Assembly (NCBI GenBank): GCA_963796455.1
Contig: CAWCLO010000001.1
Span: forward strand, 832,001 to 896,000
Direction of reading: 5' to 3'
DNA length: 64,000 nt
DNA from: Candidatus Sulfomarinibacteraceae bacterium
GTDB lineage: Bacteria; Acidobacteriota; Thermoanaerobaculia; Thermoanaerobaculales; Sulfomarinibacteraceae
This document shows positions 21,306 to 31,074 of this stretch, piece after piece. The notes under the pieces are model-generated. The model did not search any database, was not told the DNA's origin, and worked only from the letters and a program-made list of their open reading frames with translations. The position numbers and the translations under genes were made by a program. The stretch's first letter is position 1. Every line of letters starts with the position of its first letter.

Positions 21306-21550
21306 ATCCACCCTCCTTCGGAGAGTGGGATTGTACTCCGTCCCCCTGGTTCGTGTCGGAGTCGTGATCATCGCAATCGAAATCACTCTCGACGGTGAGA
21401 TCGTTCCACCGCATGGCAGAGGGGCAGAGGGGCGGAGGAGAAAGGGCGAAAGGGAGAAAGGGAGGCCGTCCAGGATCATCCAAAAAAAATGAGAAACCGC
21501 AGATCACGCAGATGAACGCAGATCACCCTCACTTTCAGGATCGATGGCAG

Positions 21551-21640
21551 CAACTGACAAAAGGTGAAAAATATATGTCAAAGTCATTATTTTTAATTAT
21601 TTAAATTTGACAGTGATAACTCTCGATCGGCAACTGTCAA
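21551..21640. promoter_or_regulatory. AT-rich patch with four alternating TGACA/TGTCA sites in the purH/peptide-ABC divergent region
   Basis: TGACA 21555, TGTCA 21576, TTGACAGT 21607, ACTGTCAA 21633; near-direct repeat caactgacaa/caactgtcaa. Confidence 0.35.
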
Positions 21641-21683
21641 CTTCCAAGGCGCTTCGGAACCAATAGCCGGCGGAAGCCCGTAT

Positions 21684-22077
21684 TGCAGCGGCAGCGACAG
21701 TGTCCAGGAGACAGCGTCAGCGTCAGCGATCAGGTGCCGCGACGGCGTGGCCACCTCCGGGTCGTTCAAAGGCACGAGTAGCCGGTGGACGACCGATGTC
21801 GATTCGTTTCGTCTCATAGATCCTTCGACTGCGCCCCTTCCGGCTTCGCCTTTCAGGCTACGCCGTGACAAGGCGGGGCTCCGCTCAGGATGACATCGGG
21901 AGGCGACATTCGCCCGCGAATGAAATCAGGACCGCGTGATTGTCCCTCTCCCGCCCTCTTCCTTTCTCCCCTTCCCACCTTCAGGAAGGGTATCAATGGC
22001 AGCCGTTCGATAGCGATAGCGAGGGAGCCGCGCGGGTCCTCTGCCCCTCTGCCCCTCCGCCATGTCGGGGATGGATC
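21684..22077 (-). repeat. Composite intergenic repeat copy B (inverted copy of 12363-~12795)
   Basis: Sequence match to copy A; followed by a pyrimidine octamer tract (~22080-22150). Confidence 0.85.
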
Positions 22078-22165
22078 TCTCTGCCCCCCTTCTCCCTTTC
22101 TCCCCTTCTCCCTTTCTCCCTTTCGCCCTTTCGCCCTTTCTCCTCTCCCCTGCTACGATACCGCC

Positions 22166-23758
22166 ATGAAAATTTCCAAATGGACCGCGGTCATCGGGTT
22201 GTTGTTCAGCGCTGCCTGCGCGCCAGACGGAGCGGACCCGACCGCGCGCCCGGACACCCTGGTGATCGGTATCCAGGCCGATGTGCAAAGCTGGAATCCA
22301 TACCTTGCGGAAGACGCGAATAACGAGGAGATTCTGAGTCTGATCTATCCGTCGCTGGTCATCGAACAGGTTGACTATCAACAGCATCCCCCGACCTTTT
22401 CGCCATCCCTCGCCGAAAGCTGGGAGTGGTCGGACGACGGACTGAGCCTGACCTTCCACATCCGCGAGGACGCCGAATGGAGCGATGGCGTGCCCGTGAC
22501 GACCGCCGATCTCCTCTTCAGCTGGCAGGTCCAGACATCGGAGGAACTTGGGTGGATCTGGGGGGGCATCGCGGACTCGATCACGGCGGTCGAGGCACTC
22601 GATTCCCATACGATTCGTTATGATTTCAGCCGCCGATATCCTTACCAGCTCATGGATCTCAACGATGGTCCAATCGTTCCGGCCCACGCCTGGAAAGACA
22701 TCCCTCTCTCCGATTGGCCCAACACCGATTGGCGCGAGCTCTCCATTTCAGCGGGTCCCTATATGCTGGCCGACGTGACCCCTCAACAGCAGTTTGTCCT
22801 CGAAAAAAACCCCAGCTACTTCGTACCGGATCAACCACGCATCGACCGCCTGGTATTCAGAATCGTGCCTTCCAAGACCAGTCTCTACACCCAGCTTCTT
22901 TCGGGTGACATCGATCTCGTCAACAGCATCCCGCCCACCGAGGCCGCACGGGTCGCCGCCAATCCCGATCTGAAACTCACGATCTTTGCCGACCGTTCCT
23001 ACACCCACGTGATCTGGAATCTCCAACGCCCGGTATTTGCCGATCCACGGGTCAGACGGGCCCTGGCCATGGCCATCGACCGTGAGACCCTGATCGACGT
23101 CGTCTACGACGGATACGCGACACCCTCGGTAGGCCCGGTGCTGTCCAAAATGTGGGCCTTTCATCACGATCTCGAAAAGATCCCTTACGATCCGGACGGC
23201 GCTCTGAAGTTACTGGCTGAAGCCGGTTGGACAGAATCAACCGACGGCGCTCGTTTGGAAAGCAACGGCGAGCCCCTCACCTTCGAGATCCTGGCGCCCT
23301 CGGAAAGCGAGGTCCGTCAGGACGTGGCGCTGATGATCGAACGCGACCTCGGCCGAATCGGGATCAAAGTGACCCCGAGATTCGTCGAGTGGGGCGCGGT
23401 GCAGGCAGCGCTGGACGGCGGCCAATTCGATGCATTCATCAATCGCTGGCTCGAACCGACCCAGGTCGATCTCGAGGAGATCTGGCACAGCGTGCCGCCC
23501 GATGTTCCGACTTTCAACTATGGCCACTACGCCAACCCGGAAGTTGATCGACTGCTCGAAGAGGCCGCCGCGGCGCCCGACTTCGAGACTCAGAAGCCGC
23601 TCCTCGACCGCATTCAGGAGCTGATCGTGGCCGACCAGCCCTACGCCTTCCTGGTCGAGAACACCCGACTCACCGCACTCAACTCCCGAGTCAAGAACGC
23701 CGACATCAATGATGCGACCCTCTTTTTCAATATCGGAGAGTGGGAGATCACTCCCTGA
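22166..23758 (+). CDS. Peptide ABC transporter substrate-binding lipoprotein
   Basis: MKISKW...FSAAC lipobox; SLAESWEWS, WSDGVPVT, DPRVRRALAMAIDR; the upstream ORF extension is repeat-derived. Confidence 0.9.
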   Translation: MKISKWTAVIGLLFSAACAPDGADPTARPDTLVIGIQADVQSWNPYLAEDANNEEILSLIYPSLVIEQVDYQQHPPTFSPSLAESWEWSDDGLSLTFHIREDAEWSDGVPVTTADLLFSWQVQTSEELGWIWGGIADSITAVEALDSHTIRYDFSRRYPYQLMDLNDGPIVPAHAWKDIPLSDWPNTDWRELSISAGPYMLADVTPQQQFVLEKNPSYFVPDQPRIDRLVFRIVPSKTSLYTQLLSGDIDLVNSIPPTEAARVAANPDLKLTIFADRSYTHVIWNLQRPVFADPRVRRALAMAIDRETLIDVVYDGYATPSVGPVLSKMWAFHHDLEKIPYDPDGALKLLAEAGWTESTDGARLESNGEPLTFEILAPSESEVRQDVALMIERDLGRIGIKVTPRFVEWGAVQAALDGGQFDAFINRWLEPTQVDLEEIWHSVPPDVPTFNYGHYANPEVDRLLEEAAAAPDFETQKPLLDRIQELIVADQPYAFLVENTRLTALNSRVKNADINDATLFFNIGEWEITP

Positions 23759-23785
23759 TCAGGTTGTTGGCGGAGACATCCCCTG

Positions 23786-23886
23786 GAGGTTTGAGTTCTA
23801 AGGTTTGAGTTTTGAGTTGATCTCCCTGAACCCCAAGGATGATTTCGGGGCAGTAACTCATAACTCCAAACTCAAAACTCAACACT
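23786..23886. repeat. Inverted pair of heptamer tracts (GAGTTTT-like / AAAACTC-like)
   Basis: gaggtttgagttctaaggtttgagttttgagttg ... taactcataactccaaactcaaaactcaac. Confidence 0.75.
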
Positions 23887-23950
23887 GTCCGCTTCTTCTC
23901 CCGCCACCCTATAATCTTCCTGTGACCTCAATCCTGCTCCGGACTTCACA

Positions 23951-24919
23951 GTGAGGCGCCTGGTTTTCCGCCGGCTCCTCACCCTCGTGCCGCTCGTCTG
24001 GCTCGTGCTCACGGCGACCTTCATCGTCGTCCATGCAGCACCCGGCTCCTATACGGACGCCATCGACAACCCCCGCCTCACGCCTGAAGATCGACAGGCC
24101 ATCCGCGTTCAATACGGCCTCGACAAACCGCTCCTGTCGCAATACACGAGCTGGATCGGCGCGGCCCTGACCGGCGACCTCGGCACCTCATTCATGTACA
24201 AGGAGCCCGTTTCCCGGGTCATCGCCAGGGCCTTGCCGCCGACGCTTTTGCTGACCGGCACCTCGCTGGTGATGATGCTGGTTCTCGGTCTGACCATTGC
24301 ACTGGCGGCGGTCCGGCGGCCCCATGGCTGGGCCGATCACCTCACTTCCGTTCTCAGCCTCGGCATCTATGGGATGCCTTCGTTCTGGCTGGCCGGATTG
24401 CTCATCCTCGTCTTCAGTCTATGGCTCGGATGGTTCCCTGCATCGCACATGCGATCAGTCGGTGCCGCCGATATGGATGGATTCTCCCGCGCCCTCGATC
24501 TCATCCGCCACCTGGTGTTGCCCGCGACCTGCCTCGGTCTGGTTGGCGCAGCCGGGACCGCACGCTACCTTCGCGCGTCGCTGCTCGACGTGCGCTCGGC
24601 CCGCTTCATGATGGCGGCCCGGGCGCGGGGTATTCCAAAACGTCGCCTCCTTCTGATCCATGCCCTCCGTCCGGCGCTCTTGCCGGTGGTCACCCTCTTT
24701 GGTCTGGCCCTGCCCGTTCTGGTATCGGGCTCGGTTGTCATCGAGACCATATTTTCGTGGCCTGGGATGGGTCAGGTCCTCTTCAATGCCGCCCGCGCAC
24801 GGGACATTCCGTTGATTCTCGGCGCGACCCTCCTCGGGACGGGGGCGGTAATTCTGGGAAATCTGGTGGCCGATCTTCTGTACGCCGTCGTCGATCCGCG
24901 GGCGCGAGGAGCATCCTGA
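23951..24919 (+). CDS. Peptide ABC transporter permease (DppB/OppB-like)
   Basis: YGLDKPL..QY, GDLGTS, ARARG EAA loop, IETIFSWPGMG. Confidence 0.93.
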   Translation: MRRLVFRRLLTLVPLVWLVLTATFIVVHAAPGSYTDAIDNPRLTPEDRQAIRVQYGLDKPLLSQYTSWIGAALTGDLGTSFMYKEPVSRVIARALPPTLLLTGTSLVMMLVLGLTIALAAVRRPHGWADHLTSVLSLGIYGMPSFWLAGLLILVFSLWLGWFPASHMRSVGAADMDGFSRALDLIRHLVLPATCLGLVGAAGTARYLRASLLDVRSARFMMAARARGIPKRRLLLIHALRPALLPVVTLFGLALPVLVSGSVVIETIFSWPGMGQVLFNAARARDIPLILGATLLGTGAVILGNLVADLLYAVVDPRARGAS

Positions 24920-25860
24920 TGGTCTCCCGCCGTCTTGTGCTTGGCGCCGCCGGGGCCGCGATCATCGTTCTGATGTGCACCATTGGCCCTGCTCTCTTGC
25001 CCTCCACCGGCGACGGCGACCCGATCCACGCGGCCCTGCTCCCACCCGGCACGAGGGTGACGGTCCTCGACCTCGTCGACGGCCGCACACTGATGACACC
25101 TGAGCTCACCAAACTCCAGGATGGACTGAGGCTCGTTGGAGCACATCGTTCCACTGATCTGAACGACGAAGAGATCGTCGCTGTTCGCAACACGACCTTG
25201 TGGTTGGGAAGTGATCGCTTTGGTCGAGATCTTCTCCCGCGACTGCTCCGCGGAGGGCGTATCTCCATCGTCATCGCCGCCTTCGGGGTTTTGATTTCCC
25301 TTGTCGTCGGTCTCGTCGTCGGTTTCAGCGCTGCAACCGGCGGGCGGACGACGGACAGCATCCTGATGCGTCTGGTCGATGCCCTCCTCGCCTTTCCGAT
25401 GCTCTTGCTCCTGATCCTCCTTTCAGCACTTTTCCGGCCGGGGCCTGTTTTTTTGATCGCCGTCCTCGGTCTGACGTCGTGGATGGGTCTTGCGCGTCTG
25501 GTCCGGGGACAGGTGTTGACATTGCGCACACGAACGTTCATCCAGGCCGCTCGTGTCGCGGGCACCCGCGAGCACCGGATCTGGTTCATCCACTACCTGC
25601 CCAATATCAAGGCGCCTCTGGCCCAGGACACCGCGCTCCAGATGGGCAACCTGGTTCTCGCCGAAGCGACCCTTTCCTTCCTCGGTCTCGGGATCCCGGC
25701 CAACCTGCCGAGTTGGGGAGCAATGGTGGCAGATGGCCAAAGGGTGATGCTCGACGGCTGGTGGTTGTCCCTCTTTCCCGGTCTCGCCATCACGACCCTC
25801 GTCATCTGCCTCGCTCTGATCGGCGACGGTATTCAGGAGACCGGCCCGGCCAGCGCCTAG
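24919..25860 (+). CDS. Peptide ABC transporter permease (DppC/OppC-like)
   Basis: LGSDRFGRD, ARLVRGQVL, EATLSFLGLG, PSWG; TGATG overlap with the previous gene. Confidence 0.92.
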   Translation: MVSRRLVLGAAGAAIIVLMCTIGPALLPSTGDGDPIHAALLPPGTRVTVLDLVDGRTLMTPELTKLQDGLRLVGAHRSTDLNDEEIVAVRNTTLWLGSDRFGRDLLPRLLRGGRISIVIAAFGVLISLVVGLVVGFSAATGGRTTDSILMRLVDALLAFPMLLLLILLSALFRPGPVFLIAVLGLTSWMGLARLVRGQVLTLRTRTFIQAARVAGTREHRIWFIHYLPNIKAPLAQDTALQMGNLVLAEATLSFLGLGIPANLPSWGAMVADGQRVMLDGWWLSLFPGLAITTLVICLALIGDGIQETGPASA

Positions 25861-25898
25861 CCTTCATTCCGGCGGGCCCGCTCTGCTAACCTGCGACC

Positions 25899-27191
25899 AT
25901 GAACAGCAAACGCTCCGTTTCATTGATGGCCTTCGTGCTGATCATCACCGCCGTATGCGCTGTCGCCGAGGAGAATCTCATGCAGGATATCGAAAGCGCG
26001 GCGACCGAGCTCGAAGAAAAATTGATCGAGGCCCGGCGCTGGTTTCACCAACACCCGGAGCTTTCCAATCGGGAGACCGGAACCGCAGCGGAGATTGCCC
26101 GACGACTCCAGGAAATGGGTTACGAGGTTCAGACCGGAGTCGCTCACAACGGCGTTGTGGCGGTCCTCGAGGGTGCCCTTCCGGGGCCCGTGGTGGCATG
26201 GCGGTCGGACATCGATGCGCTGCCTATCGAAGAACAGGTCGATGTCGCCTACCGCTCCACCAATCCCGGGGTCATGCATGCCTGTGGTCATGACATCCAC
26301 ACCACCGTGGGACTCGGTGCGGCCGAGGTTCTGATGCGACTGAAAGACCGCCTCCACGGCACCGTCAAGTTCATTTTTCAACCCGCAGAGGAAGGTCCTC
26401 CGGCCGGCGAGGACGGCGGCGCACCCATGATGATCGCAGAAGGCGTGCTCGAAGAACCAACGGCGTCGGCGATTTTCGGCCTCCACGTCATGCCTTTCGC
26501 AGAGGCGGGTGAAGTCGGGCTTCGGCCAGGTGGCATCATGGCCGCAGCCGACACCTTCAGGCTCACGATCAGCGGCAGAATGACCCATGGATCAGCGCCC
26601 CACGATGGAATCGACGCCATCTTCGTGGCCTCACAGATCGTCACCGCCCTGCAGGCCATCCCGTCGCGTGAAGTCGACGCACGAAAGTCTCTGGTGATCT
26701 CGGTGGGAACCTTCAACGCCGGCGATCGCTGGAACATCATCGCCGACGAGGCTCTCCTCACCGGGACGGTTCGATCGCTCGACATGGAGACATGGTCCGA
26801 TTTGCCGGAACGTTTCGAGCGGATTGTCGCCGGGATCTGTGAAGCCAACCGTGCGAGCTATGAACTCGACTACCAACGCATCGCTCCGGTCGTCGACAAC
26901 GACCCCCGGCTCGCTGCTTTCGCCACCCGATCTTTCGCCCGCAGCCTTGGCGCCGACAAGGTGCTCGAGGTCGAAGCGATCACGGCATCGGAAGACTTCG
27001 CATTTTTCCAACGTGAAGTCCCCGGGGTCTACTTCTTCCTGGGCGTGGCCAATACCGCGGAGGGCTGGACCGACTATGTCCACACACCGACATTCCGCCC
27101 CGATGAGCGCTCCATCGTCACCGGAGTGACGGCGGTGGCGACGCTGCTGGCGGACTTCACGGCAGACAACCCTCTCGAGACGACGGATTGA
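25899..27191 (+). CDS. M20D family amidohydrolase with signal peptide
   Basis: HQHPELS, RSDIDALP, MHACGHD, FQPAEE, SEDF. Confidence 0.92.
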   Translation: MNSKRSVSLMAFVLIITAVCAVAEENLMQDIESAATELEEKLIEARRWFHQHPELSNRETGTAAEIARRLQEMGYEVQTGVAHNGVVAVLEGALPGPVVAWRSDIDALPIEEQVDVAYRSTNPGVMHACGHDIHTTVGLGAAEVLMRLKDRLHGTVKFIFQPAEEGPPAGEDGGAPMMIAEGVLEEPTASAIFGLHVMPFAEAGEVGLRPGGIMAAADTFRLTISGRMTHGSAPHDGIDAIFVASQIVTALQAIPSREVDARKSLVISVGTFNAGDRWNIIADEALLTGTVRSLDMETWSDLPERFERIVAGICEANRASYELDYQRIAPVVDNDPRLAAFATRSFARSLGADKVLEVEAITASEDFAFFQREVPGVYFFLGVANTAEGWTDYVHTPTFRPDERSIVTGVTAVATLLADFTADNPLETTD

Positions 27192-28564
27192 AGAACCGTA
27201 CGGCGATCGTCGGCGGCGGCATTACCGGTCTCGCCGCGGCGGCCTGGCTCCGGCACGACCACGGAATCAAGGATTGCATCGTGCTCGAGTCAAGCGCCAG
27301 GGCCGGGGGGAAGATCCGGTCGGAGGTCGAAGACGGCTATACCGTCGAGTGGGGGCCCCAGGGGTTTCTCGACAACGCGCCGGACACTCTCGAACTCGCT
27401 CGCCTTCTCGGCTTGGAGGACTCCCTCGTGCAGGCCCGAGAGAGCTCGGCCGACCGCTTTATCCTTCGCAACGGCCGTCTGCGGCGCGTCGTGCCGTCTC
27501 CGATCGGATTCATGCTGTCGTCGATCCTGCCGCTTTCGGGCCGCCTGAGGCTCCTCGGCGAACCCTTTGCCCGGAAGCGCCCGAACCACGACGAAACCAT
27601 CTTCGATTTTGCGTCCCGACGGATCGGCCGGCAGGCGGCTGAGGTTCTCGTGGACGCCATGGTCACCGGTGTATTCGCCGGAGACTCAAGGAAGCTGTCC
27701 CTCGCCGCCACCTTTCCCAGGATGGCCGCGATGGAGACCGAACACGGTTCGCTGACCGGGGCCCTGATATCAAAGATGCGGCAGGCCAAACGCTCCGGGA
27801 AAACCTCGGGAGGGCCATCCGGTCCCGGCGGCACCTTGACCTCGTTCGATGGGGGCATGGAACGCCTCCCCCTCCGCCTGGCCGAGAGCCTCGGTCATCG
27901 CCTCCATCTCGAGCAACCGGTCCACGCCCTCGTTCCGTCGGGCGCGGGATATTGCCTGACCACCGGAGATGACGAGATCGAGGCCGACACCGTGCTCCTG
28001 GCCCTACCTGCGGAGCACAGCGCCGCTTTGATCACCGAGGCGGCCCCGGCCGCCGTTGCACCGCTGTTGGAGATTCCGACCGCCCCGATCGCGGTGGTGA
28101 TGCTCGCCTATACCGATGCCGATGCATTTGGCCGAAAGATCGGCGGTTTCGGTTTTCTGGTGCCGCGGGGCGAAGAGCAGATTCTGGGGACTCTCTATTG
28201 CCACGATATTTTTCCCGGCCAGGCGCCGGACGGCTCTTTGTTCCTGCGGGTCATGATCGGGGGATCGCGCTCCCCCGATCAAGCGGCCCTTGATGACGAC
28301 GCGACCGTGGTCCTGGTCCGGTCGGCCCTCGGTCGCGTCTTCGGCAAGGACCCACAACCGGATCGGGTGTGGATCGCGCGCTGGGAACGGGGCATTTCGC
28401 AGTACACCGTCGGCCACCTCGAACGAGTCGAAGCGGCCGAAAACGCCGTCCGCGCGGTCGGACTCGACCTGGCAGGGTCGCCCTATCGGGGCGTGTCGGT
28501 GAATGATTGCATCAAGCAGGCGAGAGCCGCGGCGGCGCGAATCGCCGAACGGCTCCGCCGCTGA
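27188..28564 (+). CDS. hemY: Protoporphyrinogen/coproporphyrinogen oxidase (HemY type)
   Basis: IVGGGITGL FAD motif, EWGPQGF, GFGFLVPR, QYTVGH, GVSVNDCI. Confidence 0.9.
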   Translation: MKNRTAIVGGGITGLAAAAWLRHDHGIKDCIVLESSARAGGKIRSEVEDGYTVEWGPQGFLDNAPDTLELARLLGLEDSLVQARESSADRFILRNGRLRRVVPSPIGFMLSSILPLSGRLRLLGEPFARKRPNHDETIFDFASRRIGRQAAEVLVDAMVTGVFAGDSRKLSLAATFPRMAAMETEHGSLTGALISKMRQAKRSGKTSGGPSGPGGTLTSFDGGMERLPLRLAESLGHRLHLEQPVHALVPSGAGYCLTTGDDEIEADTVLLALPAEHSAALITEAAPAAVAPLLEIPTAPIAVVMLAYTDADAFGRKIGGFGFLVPRGEEQILGTLYCHDIFPGQAPDGSLFLRVMIGGSRSPDQAALDDDATVVLVRSALGRVFGKDPQPDRVWIARWERGISQYTVGHLERVEAAENAVRAVGLDLAGSPYRGVSVNDCIKQARAAAARIAERLRR

Positions 28565-28662
28565 GTTTTGAGGTTTGAGTTATGAGGTTTGAGTTTCGGC
28601 ATCTCCAAAGAGTCGGGGTATCCGGGAGCCAACTCATAACTCATAACTCAAAACTCAAAACT
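28562..28662. repeat. Inverted pair of heptamer tracts between convergent genes
   Basis: tgagttttgaggtttgagttatgaggtttgagtt ... aactcataactcataactcaaaactcaaaact. Confidence 0.8.
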
Positions 28663-28665
28663 TTT

Positions 28666-29550
28666 TCAGCGTGCGCCGCCGATGACCAGGGCAGAGACGA
28701 TGATCCAGACCACGACACAAAAAAGCAGCGGCCGGTCGGTGATCAGGACCTTGGTCGGGCTGCCGCCCAGCTCGTGCCGGTGGAGCAGATAGAGATAGCG
28801 GAAAAGACCATAGAGAACGATCGGCACCGTGACCAACAGACCCTCTGAGCCCACCTTGGCCACCGTTTCCGGAGCCATCGTGTAAAGGGCATAGGTGACC
28901 AGGGTCGCGCCGAGCACGACCGTGATCGCGTGATCCACCATCGGCATCGTGTAGTGCCCGAGCACCACCCGGTGGGTCCCTGCCGACTCGCCGAGCGTGA
29001 CCAGCTCGGCCCGCCGTTTTCCAAGCGCCAGATAGAGGGCGAGCAGATAGGCGACCAGGAGGATCCACCGCGAGATCGGCAGATCGATGGCGATGATTCC
29101 GCCAAGAACACGGAGCACAAATCCTGCAGCCACGATCAGGACATCGAGAAAGACCGCTCTCTTGAGCACCAGCGAATACAAAACCACCAAAACCACGTAG
29201 CAGGCGACCACCGCCGGAAACCAACCGCCGATGACGGCAGCCAGCGTCATGGAGAAGATGAACAGCGCGATCGAGGTCACGATCGCGAGAGTCGGTGAGA
29301 TCTCTCCCGCGGCAATCGGCCGTTTGCATTTTTCCGGGTGCGACCGGTCCGCCTCCCGGTCGAGCAGATCATTGATCAGGTAGGTCGCTGAGGAGGCGGC
29401 ACAAAAGGCGACCGTGGCAATCAGACCGCGGGTCCAGGCCTCGGGGTCCGTGATCCGTCCCGAAAAGACGATCGGAGCCAGCACAAAACCGTTTTTGAGC
29501 CACTGCACCGGTCGCAGGCTGCGAATCAGGGCTTTCAACGTGGATGTCAC
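28666..29550 (-). CDS. UbiA-family prenyltransferase (decaprenyl-phosphate phosphoribosyltransferase-like)
   Basis: LRPVQWLKN, YLINDLLDREADRSHPEKCKRPIAAG, KRRAEL. Confidence 0.88.
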   Translation of the reverse strand: MTSTLKALIRSLRPVQWLKNGFVLAPIVFSGRITDPEAWTRGLIATVAFCAASSATYLINDLLDREADRSHPEKCKRPIAAGEISPTLAIVTSIALFIFSMTLAAVIGGWFPAVVACYVVLVVLYSLVLKRAVFLDVLIVAAGFVLRVLGGIIAIDLPISRWILLVAYLLALYLALGKRRAELVTLGESAGTHRVVLGHYTMPMVDHAITVVLGATLVTYALYTMAPETVAKVGSEGLLVTVPIVLYGLFRYLYLLHRHELGGSPTKVLITDRPLLFCVVVWIIVSALVIGGAR

Positions 29551-29564
29551 CGGATCATTCTACC

Positions 29565-29847
29565 CGTTCCTGTTCCCGTGCTCGTTCCCGATCCCGGATA
29601 ACAGCGGCAGCGACAGAAATCAGAGAACAGGGACAGTGTTCAGTGTTCAGCGGCAGGGGCCAGCGATCAGTAGTCAGTGGACAGTGATCAGCGGCAGCGG
29701 TCAGGAGTCCAGGCGAGGACGTGGTCGCCCCCGGGTCGTTCAACAAAAGGAGTAGCCGGCGGTTAGCCGCAGATGACTGAAACCCGATGCCGACAACTGT
29801 TCGCTGACACTGACTTCTGATCGCTGGCGCTGTCCCTGATCGCTGCT
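29565..29847 (-). mobile_element. Empty (gene-less) copy of the four-helix-bundle element, reverse orientation
   Basis: 29680-29760 matches the reverse complement of ~33405-33480; 29801-29846 matches the reverse complement of the left arm at ~33087-33130. Confidence 0.6.
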
Positions 29848-29858
29848 AACATGACCAC

Positions 29859-31016
29859 ATGCAGCCATTGACGAGCGTTTTGCGGTGGGCAGTTCTGGTG
29901 GTCATATGCCTCCCCCTCTTCGCCTGTTTCGAGGACCCGATTCAAGAGCATGTCCACCTCAGTCTTCGCGGAACGGGGCCGGTGATCGTAACCGTGGTTC
30001 AGACGGTCGCCCCATCGGAGCGAGCACAGTCCAACGACGCGCTTGCAGATCGTCTCCAAGAATCACGGGACACGGTTGGAAGCGGTCTCGACCCGTGGAG
30101 CCGGCGTCTCGCGCTCGAACAGCCCCTGGCTGAACGTCAAACATCCGAGACGGTCGACGGAGAGCTGCGGCGGGTCCTGCACAGCGCGGTGCTCGAAACA
30201 TTTGACGAGGTCCTTCGCCTGCTCGAGGCCGATGGGCTCACCGGAAGCCTCGTCGTCGCAGACAGGATCGCCGATCTCCAGCTCTACCCGACCGGAGGTT
30301 CGCGGGCCACGGCGATGCAACAGCAGGAGGCCGACAGGCGGCTGCGAGAGTGGGCGGCCCAGATCGCGTATTACCTGGCGGCGATTTCCGATCTGTATTC
30401 GTACCTCGACAGCCGCCCCGACCGAGCCGCCGCGTGCTTCGCCCACCTCTTCGACATGCACGACGGTACCGAAGCAGCAGAACCCCTCACCAGCGAAGAA
30501 GAAGACCTCGCCGGTCGAGCGAAGGAAGAGATGGAGCTGGTGGCGGATGCTCTCCTGGTGCCGAACGACGTGGCCTTTTCCCTCAATGAACTGACCCGCC
30601 TCGTTTTCGATCCGTTTCCTGCTCGTCTGACCATCGCGGTGGACGGTCTGGTCCAGGAGAACATTGGTTTTGTTGATGGCGGAGGTTTCTTCGAACGTCC
30701 GTCGGTGGATGCGTGGAGTGCGCTCACTTCTCTCGAAGGTCGCTGGGTGTCGCCCGATCCGGTGACTGCAGCCGTTTCTCCCGCCCCTGACGACCGACAA
30801 CCACAACCGGATCCATCAGCTTTTGCAGCGCTGAACCGGAGCTGGTCTGAAGCGCCGACTGCCGCAGAAGTCGAGCAGGCGCTGCTCGATCTCCTGACTC
30901 CGGAGGAAATGCTCGCCCTGCGCTGGCGGGCAACTTCCGCTGCGGATGTGTCCGACGCATCGGGTACACCCTGGATGGCAATCATGGCCGCCGCCGAGGC
31001 GGCTCTTCCCGACTGA
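29859..31016 (+). CDS. Hypothetical lipoprotein
   Basis: 385-aa ORF with LFAC lipobox; no family recognised. Confidence 0.7.
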   Translation: MQPLTSVLRWAVLVVICLPLFACFEDPIQEHVHLSLRGTGPVIVTVVQTVAPSERAQSNDALADRLQESRDTVGSGLDPWSRRLALEQPLAERQTSETVDGELRRVLHSAVLETFDEVLRLLEADGLTGSLVVADRIADLQLYPTGGSRATAMQQQEADRRLREWAAQIAYYLAAISDLYSYLDSRPDRAAACFAHLFDMHDGTEAAEPLTSEEEDLAGRAKEEMELVADALLVPNDVAFSLNELTRLVFDPFPARLTIAVDGLVQENIGFVDGGGFFERPSVDAWSALTSLEGRWVSPDPVTAAVSPAPDDRQPQPDPSAFAALNRSWSEAPTAAEVEQALLDLLTPEEMLALRWRATSAADVSDASGTPWMAIMAAAEAALPD

Positions 31017-31074
31017 CCGGGAGTCTTTGCTAAAGTTCTCTACAGCGAGATCCGGTTTCAAAGGGAGAAGATCA

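Noticed and set aside
19770..21398. Long antisense ORFs (this one, 5718-7127, 36097-37404, 47712-49190, 49506-50936, 62298-63719)
   Set aside because: Shadow frames of well-supported genes, expected in high-GC DNA; no recognisable motifs.
21306..21420. ZMP/ZTP riboswitch upstream of purH
   Set aside because: Consensus elements not recognisable; a TACAAT box and SD lie close to the start, leaving no room for an aptamer.
21580..21607. dif site
   Set aside because: Only a loose resemblance to the XerD arm (TTATTTAAAT) and no XerC arm at the correct spacing.
21890..22165. N-terminal extension of the ABC substrate-binding ORF; also ORFs 12111-12557, 12376-12594, 21593-21871, 29555-29746 and 42036-42365
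   Set aside because: These are translations of repeat DNA; the real start with a -10 box and lipoprotein signal is 22166.
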